Source: Nitrosomonadales bacterium | Lineage (GTDB): Bacteria; Pseudomonadota; Gammaproteobacteria; Burkholderiales; Gallionellaceae | Direction of reading: 5' to 3' | Assembly (NCBI GenBank): GCA_023259015.1 | Contig: JAHFRC010000002.1 | Span: 2,856-66,855 of the forward strand | DNA length: 64,000 nt | In this document: positions 9,835-19,000 of the stretch, piece by piece | Layout of the letters: each line of letters begins with the position of its first letter | How positions within the stretch are numbered: position 1 is the stretch's first letter | Notes under the pieces: model-generated | Database searches by the model: none | The model's input: only the letters and a program-made list of their open reading frames with translations | Told to the model about the DNA's origin: nothing | Position numbers and translations under genes: made by a program

Positions 9835-9946
9835 CACAATCGGATTAACGAACTATATGCAATTTTCCCATGCACTTGTCTGTCAGTTCAAGTTGGGCCA
9901 CTGCAGTTAATTGAACCATGATAATCCAGTGCCCAGATTTTTTCTG

Positions 9947-11362
9947 CTACAGCTTGCAATCGCAGAAAAGCAACCTGTTATCCCCCCCATATTGCCGCAG
10001 CAGCTGTAGCATCCCCGCCGCCTTGTCCAGAGTTTCCTGATATTCCTCTGCCGCATCGGAATCCGCCACGATGCCGCCGCCTGCCCAGCAACAAATTTCA
10101 TTGCCGGAGTAAACCAGTGTGCGAATCGCAATGTTGCTATCCATGTCGCCATTAAAACCGACATATCCTATCGCACCGCAGTAAACGTTGCGTGGATGCG
10201 GCTCCAGTTGCTCGATGATTTGCATGGCACGCTGTTTGGGTGCACCGGTGACGGAGCCGCCGGGGAAGCAGTCGCGCAGCAAGTGCAGCGCATCGCGTTC
10301 CCTGGTTAACTTGCCCGTCACCGTGCTGACAAGGTGATGCACGTTGGCGAAGCTTTCAACTTCGAACAGCCTGGGCACATGCACCGATCCGGGTGTGCAA
10401 CTTTTGCCGAGATCGCTGCGCAGCAAGTCTACAATCATCAAATTTTCCGCGCGGTCTTTGGGATGATTGCGCAACTCTTCGGCCAACCGCTTATCCTGTT
10501 GCGGATCACTGCTGCGCGGACGGGTGCCTTTGATTGGCTTGGTTTCCACGCTGCCGTTTTGCACGCGCAGAAAACGTTCCGGCGAAGCGCATAATATTTG
10601 TGTCTGCGGCAGGTTGAGAAACGCGGAATACGGCGCGGGGTTCAAGCTGCGCAACGCAAGATAAGCCCCAAAGGCATCGCCAGATGCGGCGGCGCTGAAG
10701 CGTTGCGCCAGGTTAACCTGATAGCAGTCTCCAGCCCGCAAATAGTCTTGCACCTGCGCAAAGGCAGACATGTAACTGTCCGGAGTGAAATTGGAAATGA
10801 CGCCTCCATCTACACTAAACGTATCGGCGGGTAATTTGTCCGCGCGCCGCAAGCGTTCAAGAATTTCCGGCAGCAGCGCTTTTGTTTCAGCATAGCGCTG
10901 CTGCGATACCAGTTGCGCGGTTTTTTGCACGTGGTCGAATACGATGGCCCAGTCATAGATGCCGATTGCCATGTCCGGCATATATTCGGCATCATGGGAC
11001 AAAGTGGGCAGCAGCTTCATGCGGCGCGCCAGGCCGTAACCCCAATAGCCTAATGCTCCGCCCGAAAATGTAATACCGGGCATGGATGCGGCAGGCTTGC
11101 CCAGTTGTTGGCGTATCAAGTCGAACGGATCATCGCTCGTACATCGCGTTCCGGCTGCATCAGTAATCTCTGTTTCAATTCCACGCGTAACCAACGTCGC
11201 CACAGGCCGTGCGCAGAGGATGTCGTAGCGCCCCAACCCCGCACTGTCCAGCCACACGGCCCAAGGCAGGTCAGAGATAGCCGCATAGCAGGCAACGGTA
11301 TCGGCAATGTAAGGTATGGGAATGCTATAAAACATGAATAAACGCAAGGGATAGAAATCCAC
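9947..11362 (-). CDS. pabB: Aminodeoxychorismate synthase component I (anthranilate synthase component I family)
   Basis: 471 aa with the chorismate-binding motifs SPERFL, GTRPR and GGSVTGAPKQRAMQIIEQLE...RNVYCGAIGY. The N-terminal LPWAVWLDSAG resembles E. coli PabB. The start is uncertain; an alternative Met lies 9 codons in. Confidence 0.75.
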   Translation of the reverse strand: MDFYPLRLFMFYSIPIPYIADTVACYAAISDLPWAVWLDSAGLGRYDILCARPVATLVTRGIETEITDAAGTRCTSDDPFDLIRQQLGKPAASMPGITFSGGALGYWGYGLARRMKLLPTLSHDAEYMPDMAIGIYDWAIVFDHVQKTAQLVSQQRYAETKALLPEILERLRRADKLPADTFSVDGGVISNFTPDSYMSAFAQVQDYLRAGDCYQVNLAQRFSAAASGDAFGAYLALRSLNPAPYSAFLNLPQTQILCASPERFLRVQNGSVETKPIKGTRPRSSDPQQDKRLAEELRNHPKDRAENLMIVDLLRSDLGKSCTPGSVHVPRLFEVESFANVHHLVSTVTGKLTRERDALHLLRDCFPGGSVTGAPKQRAMQIIEQLEPHPRNVYCGAIGYVGFNGDMDSNIAIRTLVYSGNEICCWAGGGIVADSDAAEEYQETLDKAAGMLQLLRQYGGDNRLLFCDCKL

Positions 11363-11534
11363 TCCAATCCCGTGCCATTTTTTGCCGACGCATATATATC
11401 ATCTGCGCCGTTCGAAAGTGGAAAGAAGAGCATGCCTGCTTGGTACAGACAATGAATTGAGCGCACACAGACCCGATCTGGTGCGCCCAGCAAAACAACC
11501 CACGAAACTGCTGCAGATAGCCCCGTTAAATTCC

Positions 11535-11567
11535 AAAAAACCTAGAGGCCACCTCCACAGTCTCTAG
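11535..11567 (-). terminator. Weak intrinsic terminator candidate after the H1-like gene
   Basis: On the minus strand CTAGAG-N14-CTCTAG is followed by GTTTTTTGG (a T6 run) immediately after the stop codon. The stem is only 6 bp. Confidence 0.4.
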
Positions 11568-11572
11568 CCCCA

Positions 11573-12043
11573 TCAATTCGGCTTACTGATGCCTGGCGTA
11601 GGAAAAGGCCAGGTTGTAGCCGGACGCACGGGTGCCGGAGCTGAGGGAGCGGGAGCCACAGCAGGCTTGCTAGCTGCAACAGCCGGTTTTTTGGCCGGAA
11701 CTGCCTTTTTAGCAACTGGCTTTTTGGCTGCTGCCTTTTTAGCAGCTGGCTTTTTGGCTGCTGCCTTTTTAGCAGCTGCCTTTTTAGCAGCTGGCTTTTT
11801 GGCTGCTGCCTTTTTAGCAGCTGCCTTTTTAGCAGCTGGCTTTTTGGCTGCTGCCTTTTTAGCAGCTGGCTTTTTGGCTGCTGCCTTTTTAGCAGCTGGC
11901 TTTTTGGCTGCTGCTTTTTTAGCAGCTGGCTTTTTGGCTGCTGCTTTTTTAGCAGCTGGCTTTTTGGCTGCTGCCTTTTTAGCAGCTGGCTTTTTGGCTG
12001 CTGCCTTTTTAGCAGCTGGTTTAGCCTTCTTTGCTACTACCAT
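11573..12043 (-). CDS. Ala/Lys/Pro-repeat basic protein, histone H1-like (AlgP/BpH1-like) nucleoid protein candidate
   Basis: 156 aa, made up almost entirely of [10 protein letters not shown] decapeptide repeats with a Pro/Ala-rich tail. A strong RBS (AAAGGAGATTGAAATG) supports the minus-strand frame. Confidence 0.75.
   Translation of the reverse strand: MVVAKKAKPAAKKAAAKKPAAKKAAAKKPAAKKAAAKKPAAKKAAAKKPAAKKAAAKKPAAKKAAAKKPAAKKAAAKKAAAKKPAAKKAAAKKAAAKKPAAKKAAAKKPVAKKAVPAKKPAVAASKPAVAPAPSAPAPVRPATTWPFPTPGISKPN
11690..12025. repeat. Near-perfect tandem array of 30-bp units (with two 15-bp half-unit insertions)
   Basis: The unit GCTGGCTTTTTGGCTGCTGCCTTTTTAGCA repeats about 10 times. Essentially the only variation is C/T in CTGCCTTTTT versus CTGCTTTTTT. 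The array lies inside the CDS 11573-12043. Confidence 0.9.
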
Positions 12044-12191
12044 TTCAATCTCCTTTGATAATTAATTAAAAAAACAACCCTGACAACTACTGCATCATCA
12101 GCACACCGCAACACGATGTAGCCGAAGCCCATTGACAAAACAGGGGGAACCGACCATTTTCCGGCCACGCGCTTTGAACAAGCTTCCTCCC

Positions 12192-12533
12192 CTATCTTGA
12201 ATTAATATCCATCCCATCAGAATCAGTTAACAGCTTTTCTTGGTCGTCTCGAGGCCTAGTCATAAATTCCGAGCGGCTTGTATTACACCAGCGTGCCAGC
12301 GATTGCTCAATCAGGTCATATTCTTGCGTTGAGGTAGTTTCCTGGCTACCCTTTATGGTGATAAATACGTTGGCCATTGCAACAGAAATTTTCGCTGACT
12401 CAAATGGGAGGCCAAACTTTCTACGAGTCATTGTGTGTTGGCTAAATGGGGTATTGCAAGAGGGTAAAGGGTAGTCTGAAACGTCGCGGGCGGACTCTGG
12501 GGAAGGTAAAACACTTTCGGTAACAAGCAGCAT
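12192..12533 (-). CDS. Hypothetical protein (about 113 aa) in an AT-rich islet
   Basis: ATG 12533 is preceded by AAGGGAG with 5-nt spacing. I recognise no motif, TM segment or signal peptide. The longer ORF to 12653 would begin inside the AT-rich promoter-like DNA. Confidence 0.45.
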   Translation of the reverse strand: MLLVTESVLPSPESARDVSDYPLPSCNTPFSQHTMTRRKFGLPFESAKISVAMANVFITIKGSQETTSTQEYDLIEQSLARWCNTSRSEFMTRPRDDQEKLLTDSDGMDINSR

Positions 12534-12583
12534 GCAACTCCCTTTATACCGTTTCGGGAAAAACCAACCCGAAAACTGCAAAA

Positions 12584-12599
12584 CTACTATATATAGTAG
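12584..12599. promoter_or_regulatory. Perfect 16-bp palindrome CTACTATATATAGTAG (operator and/or -10-like element)
   Basis: Seen directly in the sequence, about 50 nt upstream of the ATG at 12533. A 7-bp hairpin, TTTCGGG-N9-CCCGAAA (12552-12574), lies between it and the RBS. Confidence 0.5.
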
Positions 12600-12852
12600 C
12601 CATGCTTCATTATTTAAGCTAATTGTAGTATATAAAAAAAAATTTGCAAGCAATATTTCGATCTATATAATTTTTTCTGCAAAAACCGTATGGGGTTTGC
12701 AACAAAATTATGCGGCTCATCGATGCAATATCAAGCGTACAAGCCTTGAGTTGGGGCATCTGTTTTTTCTGCCAGCCCTACATGGAGCCTGTCGCTTGGT
12801 TGGGTTGTATGCGTTTAGCGCCATCAAGATCGCCGTGCTGGGGCGCAAATTG

Positions 12853-13386
12853 TTAGCACATGGCAAAGTAGCGCGGCCAGTCAAAACAAGGGCCGGGATC
12901 GGTTTTGCGGCCCGGTGCAATGTCGGCATGCCCGACAATAAAGCGGATATGGTACGTGCGTTTTAGAAGTCGCGTCAGCCGAGCTAGCGCCTTATATTGC
13001 CGGTCATTAAACGGCATGTGATCGCTGCCTTCCAGCTCCACTCCTATAGAAAAATCATTACAGCCTGAGCGACCTTGCCAGGACGAAGCGCCTGCGTGCC
13101 AGGCGCGCCTGCCGCATGGCACAAACTGTATGATTTCGCCATTGCAGCGAATGAGGAAGTGTGCGGAAACTTTTAAACCCTGAAGTTGCGCATAGCAGGG
13201 GTGCGCTTCAATATCCAGCGCATTGGTAAACAGCTGTGTGATTGCCTTGCCGCCGAACTGGCCCGGCGGCAAGCTGATGTTATGGATGACCAGCATGTCT
13301 ATCGCAATGCCTGGTGGGCGAGCATCACAATTCGGTGAGGCGATCCGGCGCACGCCGCTGAGCCAACCACCGGCACCCACCTTCAC
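12853..13386 (-). CDS. ampD: 1,6-anhydro-N-acetylmuramyl-L-alanine amidase AmpD
   Basis: GGWLSGVRRIASPNCDARP...VIHNISLPPGQFGG...AHFLIRCNGEIIQFVP...RAWHAGAS...CNDFSIGVELEG aligns along its length with E. coli AmpD. The GTG start overlaps the upstream stop (GTGA). Confidence 0.9.
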   Translation of the reverse strand: MKVGAGGWLSGVRRIASPNCDARPPGIAIDMLVIHNISLPPGQFGGKAITQLFTNALDIEAHPCYAQLQGLKVSAHFLIRCNGEIIQFVPCGRRAWHAGASSWQGRSGCNDFSIGVELEGSDHMPFNDRQYKALARLTRLLKRTYHIRFIVGHADIAPGRKTDPGPCFDWPRYFAMC

Positions 13387-14747
13387 TGCTGCCCCTCCTT
13401 GTCACTGATTCCCAGCCGTCCCATACGGTAGCGTAATGCACGAAAAGTTATGCCTAGTATTTTTGCGGCGGCAGTGCGGTTAAAATTGGTTTGATGCAAC
13501 GCATCCAGAATGGCAGTCCGCTCTACTTGGTCAAGGTAATCTGTAAGCGGATATTTGCTACTCATATCCGGCTTGCTCGCCATCACATCCATATCGACAG
13601 GAATCAGTTGCAAGTCGGCCAGCGTAATGAAGCCACTAGAACACAATGCCAACGCTCGCTCGATGATATTTTCCAGTTCGCGCACATTTCCTGGGAAATC
13701 ATGATGGCGCAATGCCTGCATGGCTTCTGGTGCAAACTCAATCACTGCATCATTGCGCAGCCTGACTAGCAATTGGTTGGCGATGGCAGGAATATCATCG
13801 CGCATTTCGCGCAACGGCGGCATGGACAGGGTTATCACGTTCAGGCGGTAATACAGATCCTGGCGGAACTTGCCTTGCTGCACCTGCTCTGCCAGCGATT
13901 GGTGAGTAGCGCTGAGGATGCGCACATCCACCTCATCTTCCTGGGTGGCGCCCACTTTGCGCACTTTCTTTTCCTGGATGGCGCGCAATAATTTTACCTG
14001 CATTGGCAAGGGCAAATCGGCTACCTCATCAAGAAACAAAGTTCCCCCATTGGCCGCATGGAAGAAACCGTCGCGGTCATTATCTGCGCCAGTAAAGGCG
14101 CCTTTACGGTAACCAAAAAATTCGCTTTCCATCAGCGTTTCCGGGATCGCGCCGCAGTTCACCGCAACGAATGGCTGGTCGCGTCGGGCGCTTTTTTCCA
14201 CAATCAGGCGTGCGGCCAACTCCTTGCCGCTGCCTGATTCGCCATTGATATGCACCGGAGCTTGGCTACGCGCCACACGTTCGATCAGGTCGCGCACCTT
14301 TTCCATGGCAAGCGAGTTTCCAAGCAACGTACGCACCCCGCTCCTTATGGCGGTAGAAGGTTGCGGCAACTTGAGCGCAGCCTTGACCAAGGCGCGCAAT
14401 TGCTCCAGTGAAACCGGCTTGGACAGGTAGTCGAAAGCACCAGCCTTGAGCACGGAAACCGCATTCTCCATGTTGCCATGCGCGGTAATAACCGCAACAG
14501 GCACGCTCGGGTGGCGGGTGGCAATGTGCCGCACCACCTCCAAGCCGTCGCCATCCGGCAAACGCATGTCAGTCAGACACAGGTCGTAGTGTTTACCGTC
14601 CAGTTGTTGCAGGGCCTCGCGCACATTGGCGGCATGCTCGACCTGCAACCCCATGCGTACCAAGGCAAGTTCGATTAATTCCAATATGTCCGGCTCATCA
14701 TCTACCACCAGCACACGCGCTGCAGCAGGTTGTTTGTCAGTATTCAT
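13383..14747 (-). CDS. pilR: Sigma-54-dependent response regulator, PilR-like (REC, AAA+, Fis-type HTH)
   Basis: Taken from the Met of MNTDKQPAAARVLVVDDEPDILELI. The AAA+ domain has GESGSGKE, ESEFFGY and the GAFTGA loop. The C-terminal HTH reads NRTAAAKILGITFRALRYRM. The longer ORF to 14981 overlaps the kinase gene and was rejected. Confidence 0.7.
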   Translation of the reverse strand: MNTDKQPAAARVLVVDDEPDILELIELALVRMGLQVEHAANVREALQQLDGKHYDLCLTDMRLPDGDGLEVVRHIATRHPSVPVAVITAHGNMENAVSVLKAGAFDYLSKPVSLEQLRALVKAALKLPQPSTAIRSGVRTLLGNSLAMEKVRDLIERVARSQAPVHINGESGSGKELAARLIVEKSARRDQPFVAVNCGAIPETLMESEFFGYRKGAFTGADNDRDGFFHAANGGTLFLDEVADLPLPMQVKLLRAIQEKKVRKVGATQEDEVDVRILSATHQSLAEQVQQGKFRQDLYYRLNVITLSMPPLREMRDDIPAIANQLLVRLRNDAVIEFAPEAMQALRHHDFPGNVRELENIIERALALCSSGFITLADLQLIPVDMDVMASKPDMSSKYPLTDYLDQVERTAILDALHQTNFNRTAAAKILGITFRALRYRMGRLGISDKEGQQ

Positions 14748-14748
14748 C

Positions 14749-16356
14749 TTATCTCCCAAACACGATGTGAAAACATGCCCCACCCGCTGTTTGCGGAATA
14801 TATTCAAGCGCCGCTCCGTTGGCTTCGCACAATTCACGGGCAATGTACAACCCCAAACCAGAACCGCCGGCTGCTGTGGTAACAAAGGGCTCAAACAATT
14901 GCTGGACGGCTTCGGCGGCCACTCCATAACCATCATCGGCAACTTCCAGTGTGGGCATTCCCTCGACAGAGCGCCATACACGCAGTTTCACGCTACCCGC
15001 CTGCTTGCGGCAATAACGTAAGGCATTACAACACAAATTCCACAATACCTGGTCGAGATGCCCACGGTCAAAATTCACTACACTACCCGGCTCCACTTCA
15101 ACACGAAAGATTTCCTGCATAACATGCTCGGACTGGCACAATTTCACGACAAAACCGGGCAGTATATCGGCAAGACGCAACGATTCCGTCTGCGCCCGGT
15201 CGCGCCGGTTCAATTGCATCACATCCTGTACGATACGGTTCAACCGCGCAGTGTTATCCAGAATGATCTTGAGCAGCCGCATTTGCGCCGGATCGCGCCC
15301 CCCTTCCTGCAATAATTCCGTGGCATAGCTGATTGACGAAAGCGGGTTGCGTACCTCGTGGGCAATGTTGGCGGTCAACCGCCCCAGCGCCGCGAGCTTG
15401 ATTTGTTGCGCCTGCGCCTGTACGCGCTGCATGTCTTCAAGGAATAGCACCGCACCCCAGAAACCTTCGCGTTGCACTGACAGAAAGTGTACACGTGCCT
15501 GCCGGCCAGTAACAGACAGACGCAACACTTCTGATCTGTATGTATGATTCTGCCGCCAGATAGCGAATTGTTTCGCCAATACCGGCGCGCAATCGTCCAG
15601 AGTAATGCTTCCCGTGGCAGGAAAAGTGTACCCGAGCAAACGCTCAGCGCTATGGTTATGCTGCCTGACCATTCCCCATTCATCCACCACCAACACCCCA
15701 TCAGGCATATCCTGGATCACCAGCCGGTTTGCCTCTGCCATATTGGCCAGATCCGTACCGCGCTTGGCGGCAAGTTTTTCGCTGGCGAGAGAATATTTGG
15801 CTAGCGTGTGCGACACCCACGCCACTGCAAAATAGGCAGTGCTCAACAGCCCAGTTTGAACATACTGCGCAATATCAGCACCCTGAGTGAGCACCTCATA
15901 GGAGTGTTGGAATAATGCGGCAAGAGTAGCTAATGCAGCAAAGAAAAGGGTGATTTTGCCGCGGCCAATCAACCCGGCGGCTGCAAGCGACACCAGCAGC
16001 AACATTCCCAGGCTGCTCTGGATGCCTCCGCTGGCATGCGATAGCACCGTCACATAGACAATGTCCGTCCCGACCTGTAGCGCTAACTGCCAATTGGGAT
16101 GAGGCCGGCGCAGTTTAATGGTCAGTTGCGTAATTAAAGCTAATACAACATAAACGATGCTGGCGCGAAAAAACAAAGGTAGATTACTTGAGCCAAAAGA
16201 CAGGGAATCGCCAAAGCGGCTTACCAAAAACACAAACAGCGCCCCCAGAATCAGGCGATAAAAATTGAAGAGAGAAATTGAGCGCCACAAATCTTCCGGC
16301 ACAGAGGCGGGATTAACGTGCGTTTGCAAGGCAAAGAAGGGTTGTCCGTCCTGCAT
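14749..16356 (-). CDS. pilS: Sensor histidine kinase with a polytopic N-terminus, PilS-like
   Basis: 535 aa. The first ~180 aa contain about six hydrophobic helices, followed by a PAS-like linker. The H-box is AHEVRNPL and the HATPase region reads DDGYGV...GGSGLGLYIAREL. Its stop lies 1 nt from the regulator ATG. Confidence 0.65.
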   Translation of the reverse strand: MQDGQPFFALQTHVNPASVPEDLWRSISLFNFYRLILGALFVFLVSRFGDSLSFGSSNLPLFFRASIVYVVLALITQLTIKLRRPHPNWQLALQVGTDIVYVTVLSHASGGIQSSLGMLLLVSLAAAGLIGRGKITLFFAALATLAALFQHSYEVLTQGADIAQYVQTGLLSTAYFAVAWVSHTLAKYSLASEKLAAKRGTDLANMAEANRLVIQDMPDGVLVVDEWGMVRQHNHSAERLLGYTFPATGSITLDDCAPVLAKQFAIWRQNHTYRSEVLRLSVTGRQARVHFLSVQREGFWGAVLFLEDMQRVQAQAQQIKLAALGRLTANIAHEVRNPLSSISYATELLQEGGRDPAQMRLLKIILDNTARLNRIVQDVMQLNRRDRAQTESLRLADILPGFVVKLCQSEHVMQEIFRVEVEPGSVVNFDRGHLDQVLWNLCCNALRYCRKQAGSVKLRVWRSVEGMPTLEVADDGYGVAAEAVQQLFEPFVTTAAGGSGLGLYIARELCEANGAALEYIPQTAGGACFHIVFGR

Positions 16357-16361
16357 CAGAA

Positions 16362-16589
16362 TTATTCTGGCTTATCGGCATGTATGCGGCGATGTTCTTC
16401 GCTGCAATAGAATTTACCATTCGCTTGAATGCCATCACGCCTTGGCAAGTGCACTCCGCAATGCACACATGGCACCATATCTTCCACCTGCCCGGATAAA
16501 GTATCTTCCTTGGGCAGTTGCCTGCGATAGGATTTAAACAGCAAGTAAACGATGGCAATAATTGCAGCAAGAAACAGCAAGCGACTCAT
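16362..16589 (-). CDS. Small membrane-anchored zinc-ribbon protein (PP0621-family-like)
   Basis: 75 aa. The N-terminal TM is LLFLAAIIAIVYLLF and the Cys motif is CVHCGVHLP...FYCSEEH. It lies immediately upstream of the pilS-like gene, the usual position for this family. Confidence 0.6.
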   Translation of the reverse strand: MSRLLFLAAIIAIVYLLFKSYRRQLPKEDTLSGQVEDMVPCVHCGVHLPRRDGIQANGKFYCSEEHRRIHADKPE

Positions 16590-16779
16590 CGTGCCATACT
16601 CCTGAAAAAACCGCTCGTTGGTGGTTGAAAATTTATTCGGGGCGGCATTATTCTAACCCACGATTACTTTGCGCTGAATGGGTTTATTAATTCGGGATGG
16701 AGGGGAAACTCCATGGTGCGGAAAGCGCAACATGGCGACATGCTTAACCAGCATATGAAATGGGGATAATACTCAAAAA

Positions 16780-18756
16780 CTACGCTTTAAACATTGCCAC
16801 TGCGCCTTCCAACTCCGCAGCAAGGTTTTCCAGGTTACGTGCGATAGCAGCTGTTTCCTGGGCGGCGGCATAGTTCTCATCCGACATCTGCGCCACCCGT
16901 TCGACATTGCGCGCAATATCGCTGCTGGCTATGCTCTGCTCCTTAATGGCATTGCTGATGTCGCTTACCACATGGCTTACCCGCTGGGCACCGGCGCTTA
17001 TCTGGTTGATCGCATCGCCTGCCTGCCCAGCCAGGTCCACACCCTGGTTGACCTGGGTGACACCGCCTTCCATGCTGCTAACGGCATTTTTGGTACCGTT
17101 CTGAATTCTGCCGACAATTTCGGCAATCACCTGCGTTGACTGCGAAGTGCGTTCAGCCAGCTTGCGCACTTCGTCCGCCACTACTGCAAAACCTCGGCCC
17201 TGCTCACCTGCGCGCGCCGCCTCGATGGCCGCATTGAGAGCCAACAGATTGGTCTGGTCGGCAATATCCTTGATTACCTGTACGATGGTGAAGATTTCAT
17301 CGGACTGTTTGCCGAGATACTGAATAATTGCCGACGACTGATTTACAGTATCGGCAATCCGCCGCATATCGTCCACTACTTGCAGAATGACGCCGCTGCC
17401 CCTGGATGACAGATCGCCATTTTGCAGCGAACTGTTGTGCGCCTCCTTGGCATGCTCGGCGACCTGGTCTATGCTCACCGTCATCTGTTCCATGGTCGCA
17501 GCCATTGAGGCTGCGGCCTCGCTTTGCGATTGCGAGCTGCTGGTTACCTGGGTTGTAGCTGTGGCTACCTTGTGCGCGCTTTGGCGCACCCGCTCGGCAT
17601 TCTCGGAGATGTCGTGGATAATACCCTGCATGCTAGCCATGAGTAGGTTGAAAGCATCGCCAGCCTGCGCAATCTCATCCTTGCCGGAAACTTCCACGCG
17701 CCGTGTCAGGTCATTGTTTTGTTGTACCAGGCTGATGGTCTGGTATAACTCACGCACCGGACTGATGATGCCGCTCCTGATCCACATTCCCAATATGATG
17801 GTCAGTAAAATTGCCGTTATGCCAAAACCGATGTTGATGACCAACGCGGCGCGCGCCTTAGCAGCAAGGCTTTCAGCAAGTTCCTGGATGTGTGTGGCAA
17901 CCAGGTTTTCCACATCCTTCATGGCGTTGATGCGAGCAGTGATGTTGTCAAACCATCTTGTCGGTTCGACACCAAAATTGCCTTCCGCCGCCTTGTCGAT
18001 TACCGTCCTGCGCATGGCTTCAACTTCATCCGTATATGTACCGGTCATCTTGTTCTTGTAGAATGCCACTTCTTCTTCAGTAGCGCTTTCGGTGAAATGC
18101 TCCAGATACACCTGTTGCGCGGTGATGTGAGCAAGGAAAGCCCGGTATTGTACTGGTTCGATCTTGTTGGCGGTAAACACCGGCACCATCAGTGCGCGTT
18201 CCTGTCCGGTGCGCTCCTTGGCGTCAAGAAAGGCATGGTAGGCCGCCATGTGTTTGTTGACCAGCAAGTCAGCAGATTGCTCTGCAATCTCGGGCATCAC
18301 ATCAAGCAGGGCGGCGATGGTTTTAGTGTAGTAACCAGCGGCTTCCGGCGCGGAAATCCTGAACTGGGAAGACGCCTCGCGGTTGTCCTTAAGTCCATTC
18401 AGTTTGCCTAGAGCGGTTTCGACGTTCTTACGGAATGCATCAGGCATACTCACCTTGCCATAGCTCTCCTTGAGCAGTTCCAGGTTTTTGTCGGTTTCGG
18501 CACGGTATTTTGGCAGGTCTTGAGCGAATTTTTCACCCTTAGACTGGACGAAACCGGCTGTGGCGCCACGCTCGATCTGTAAATAATGGGTGAGATTGCC
18601 GAGGGATACAGCAAACTTCATCAGTGAATCGGTTTGTGTCAGGTTTTTCCAGTGCTGGTAGTTCTGCTGGGCGCTGATAGCCGAGTAAACAATCAGTCCT
18701 GCAAGCGGCAGGAGCAGCAGGAGAATCAATTTGTTTGCAACAGAAATATTTTTCAT
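16780..18756 (-). CDS. Methyl-accepting chemotaxis protein with a NIT (nitrate/nitrite-sensing type) periplasmic domain
   Basis: The sensor contains [21 protein letters not shown], a NIT-domain hallmark, between TM1 and TM2. HAMP follows, then [42 protein letters not shown] 18756 follows AGGTGA. The ORF is open from TTG 18774. Confidence 0.8.
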   Translation of the reverse strand: MKNISVANKLILLLLLPLAGLIVYSAISAQQNYQHWKNLTQTDSLMKFAVSLGNLTHYLQIERGATAGFVQSKGEKFAQDLPKYRAETDKNLELLKESYGKVSMPDAFRKNVETALGKLNGLKDNREASSQFRISAPEAAGYYTKTIAALLDVMPEIAEQSADLLVNKHMAAYHAFLDAKERTGQERALMVPVFTANKIEPVQYRAFLAHITAQQVYLEHFTESATEEEVAFYKNKMTGTYTDEVEAMRRTVIDKAAEGNFGVEPTRWFDNITARINAMKDVENLVATHIQELAESLAAKARAALVINIGFGITAILLTIILGMWIRSGIISPVRELYQTISLVQQNNDLTRRVEVSGKDEIAQAGDAFNLLMASMQGIIHDISENAERVRQSAHKVATATTQVTSSSQSQSEAAASMAATMEQMTVSIDQVAEHAKEAHNSSLQNGDLSSRGSGVILQVVDDMRRIADTVNQSSAIIQYLGKQSDEIFTIVQVIKDIADQTNLLALNAAIEAARAGEQGRGFAVVADEVRKLAERTSQSTQVIAEIVGRIQNGTKNAVSSMEGGVTQVNQGVDLAGQAGDAINQISAGAQRVSHVVSDISNAIKEQSIASSDIARNVERVAQMSDENYAAAQETAAIARNLENLAAELEGAVAMFKA

Positions 18757-18893
18757 AATCTTAATCACCTGCAAGCCGTTAACATTAAGGCAAATTTATC
18801 TATCCACGAAAACAATTCAATACTCTAATTTGGTTTGGAGATTGACCAGGGTGCTTAACTTTCTTGTAATTTTAGAAGCATGGTCATTTAACA

Positions 18894-18920
18894 TCATCGG
18901 CAGAAATGAGCATGTCTTGA
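18894..18920 (-). promoter_or_regulatory. Sigma-28-type promoter candidate: TCAAGACA-N11-GCCGATGA
   Basis: The minus-strand reading of 18920-18894 has the same -35 variant (TCAAGA-A) as the flgK site and a -10 half GCCGATGA matching 7/8. It lies about 120-140 nt upstream of the NIT-MCP start. Confidence 0.5.
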
Positions 18921-19000
18921 ATAAAAGGAGAAAATATCCCTTGATCAAATATCTCCCGTGAGGCGAAGCCCAGGTTTAAAATGGTTTGTTGATGACTTTA

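Noticed and set aside
11690-12025. Possibility that the regular 30-bp array is a CRISPR array.
   Set aside because: There are no unique spacers between the repeats, which are directly abutting. The array is in-frame coding sequence, and no cas genes are present in the window.
11589-12065. A plus-strand 158-aa ORF ([10 protein letters not shown] repeats) opposite the AKP-repeat gene.
   Set aside because: It is the mirror frame of the same tandem array. It has no RBS, whereas the minus-strand frame has AAAGGAGATTGAAATG and encodes a recognisable Lys/Ala/Pro histone-like composition.
14748-14981. N-terminal extensions of ORFs in the six-frame track: pilR-like to 14981, rfbD to 43035, rfbB to 45408, rsmB from 25615, DUF4390 from 26897, flgA to 50538, flgB from 50476, the LysM protein to 24197 and GT9 to 47816.
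   Set aside because: The extensions overlap the preceding gene or its promoter and lack family similarity. In each case an internal start yields the canonical N-terminus, for example MKILLLGKNGQIG or [15 protein letters not shown].
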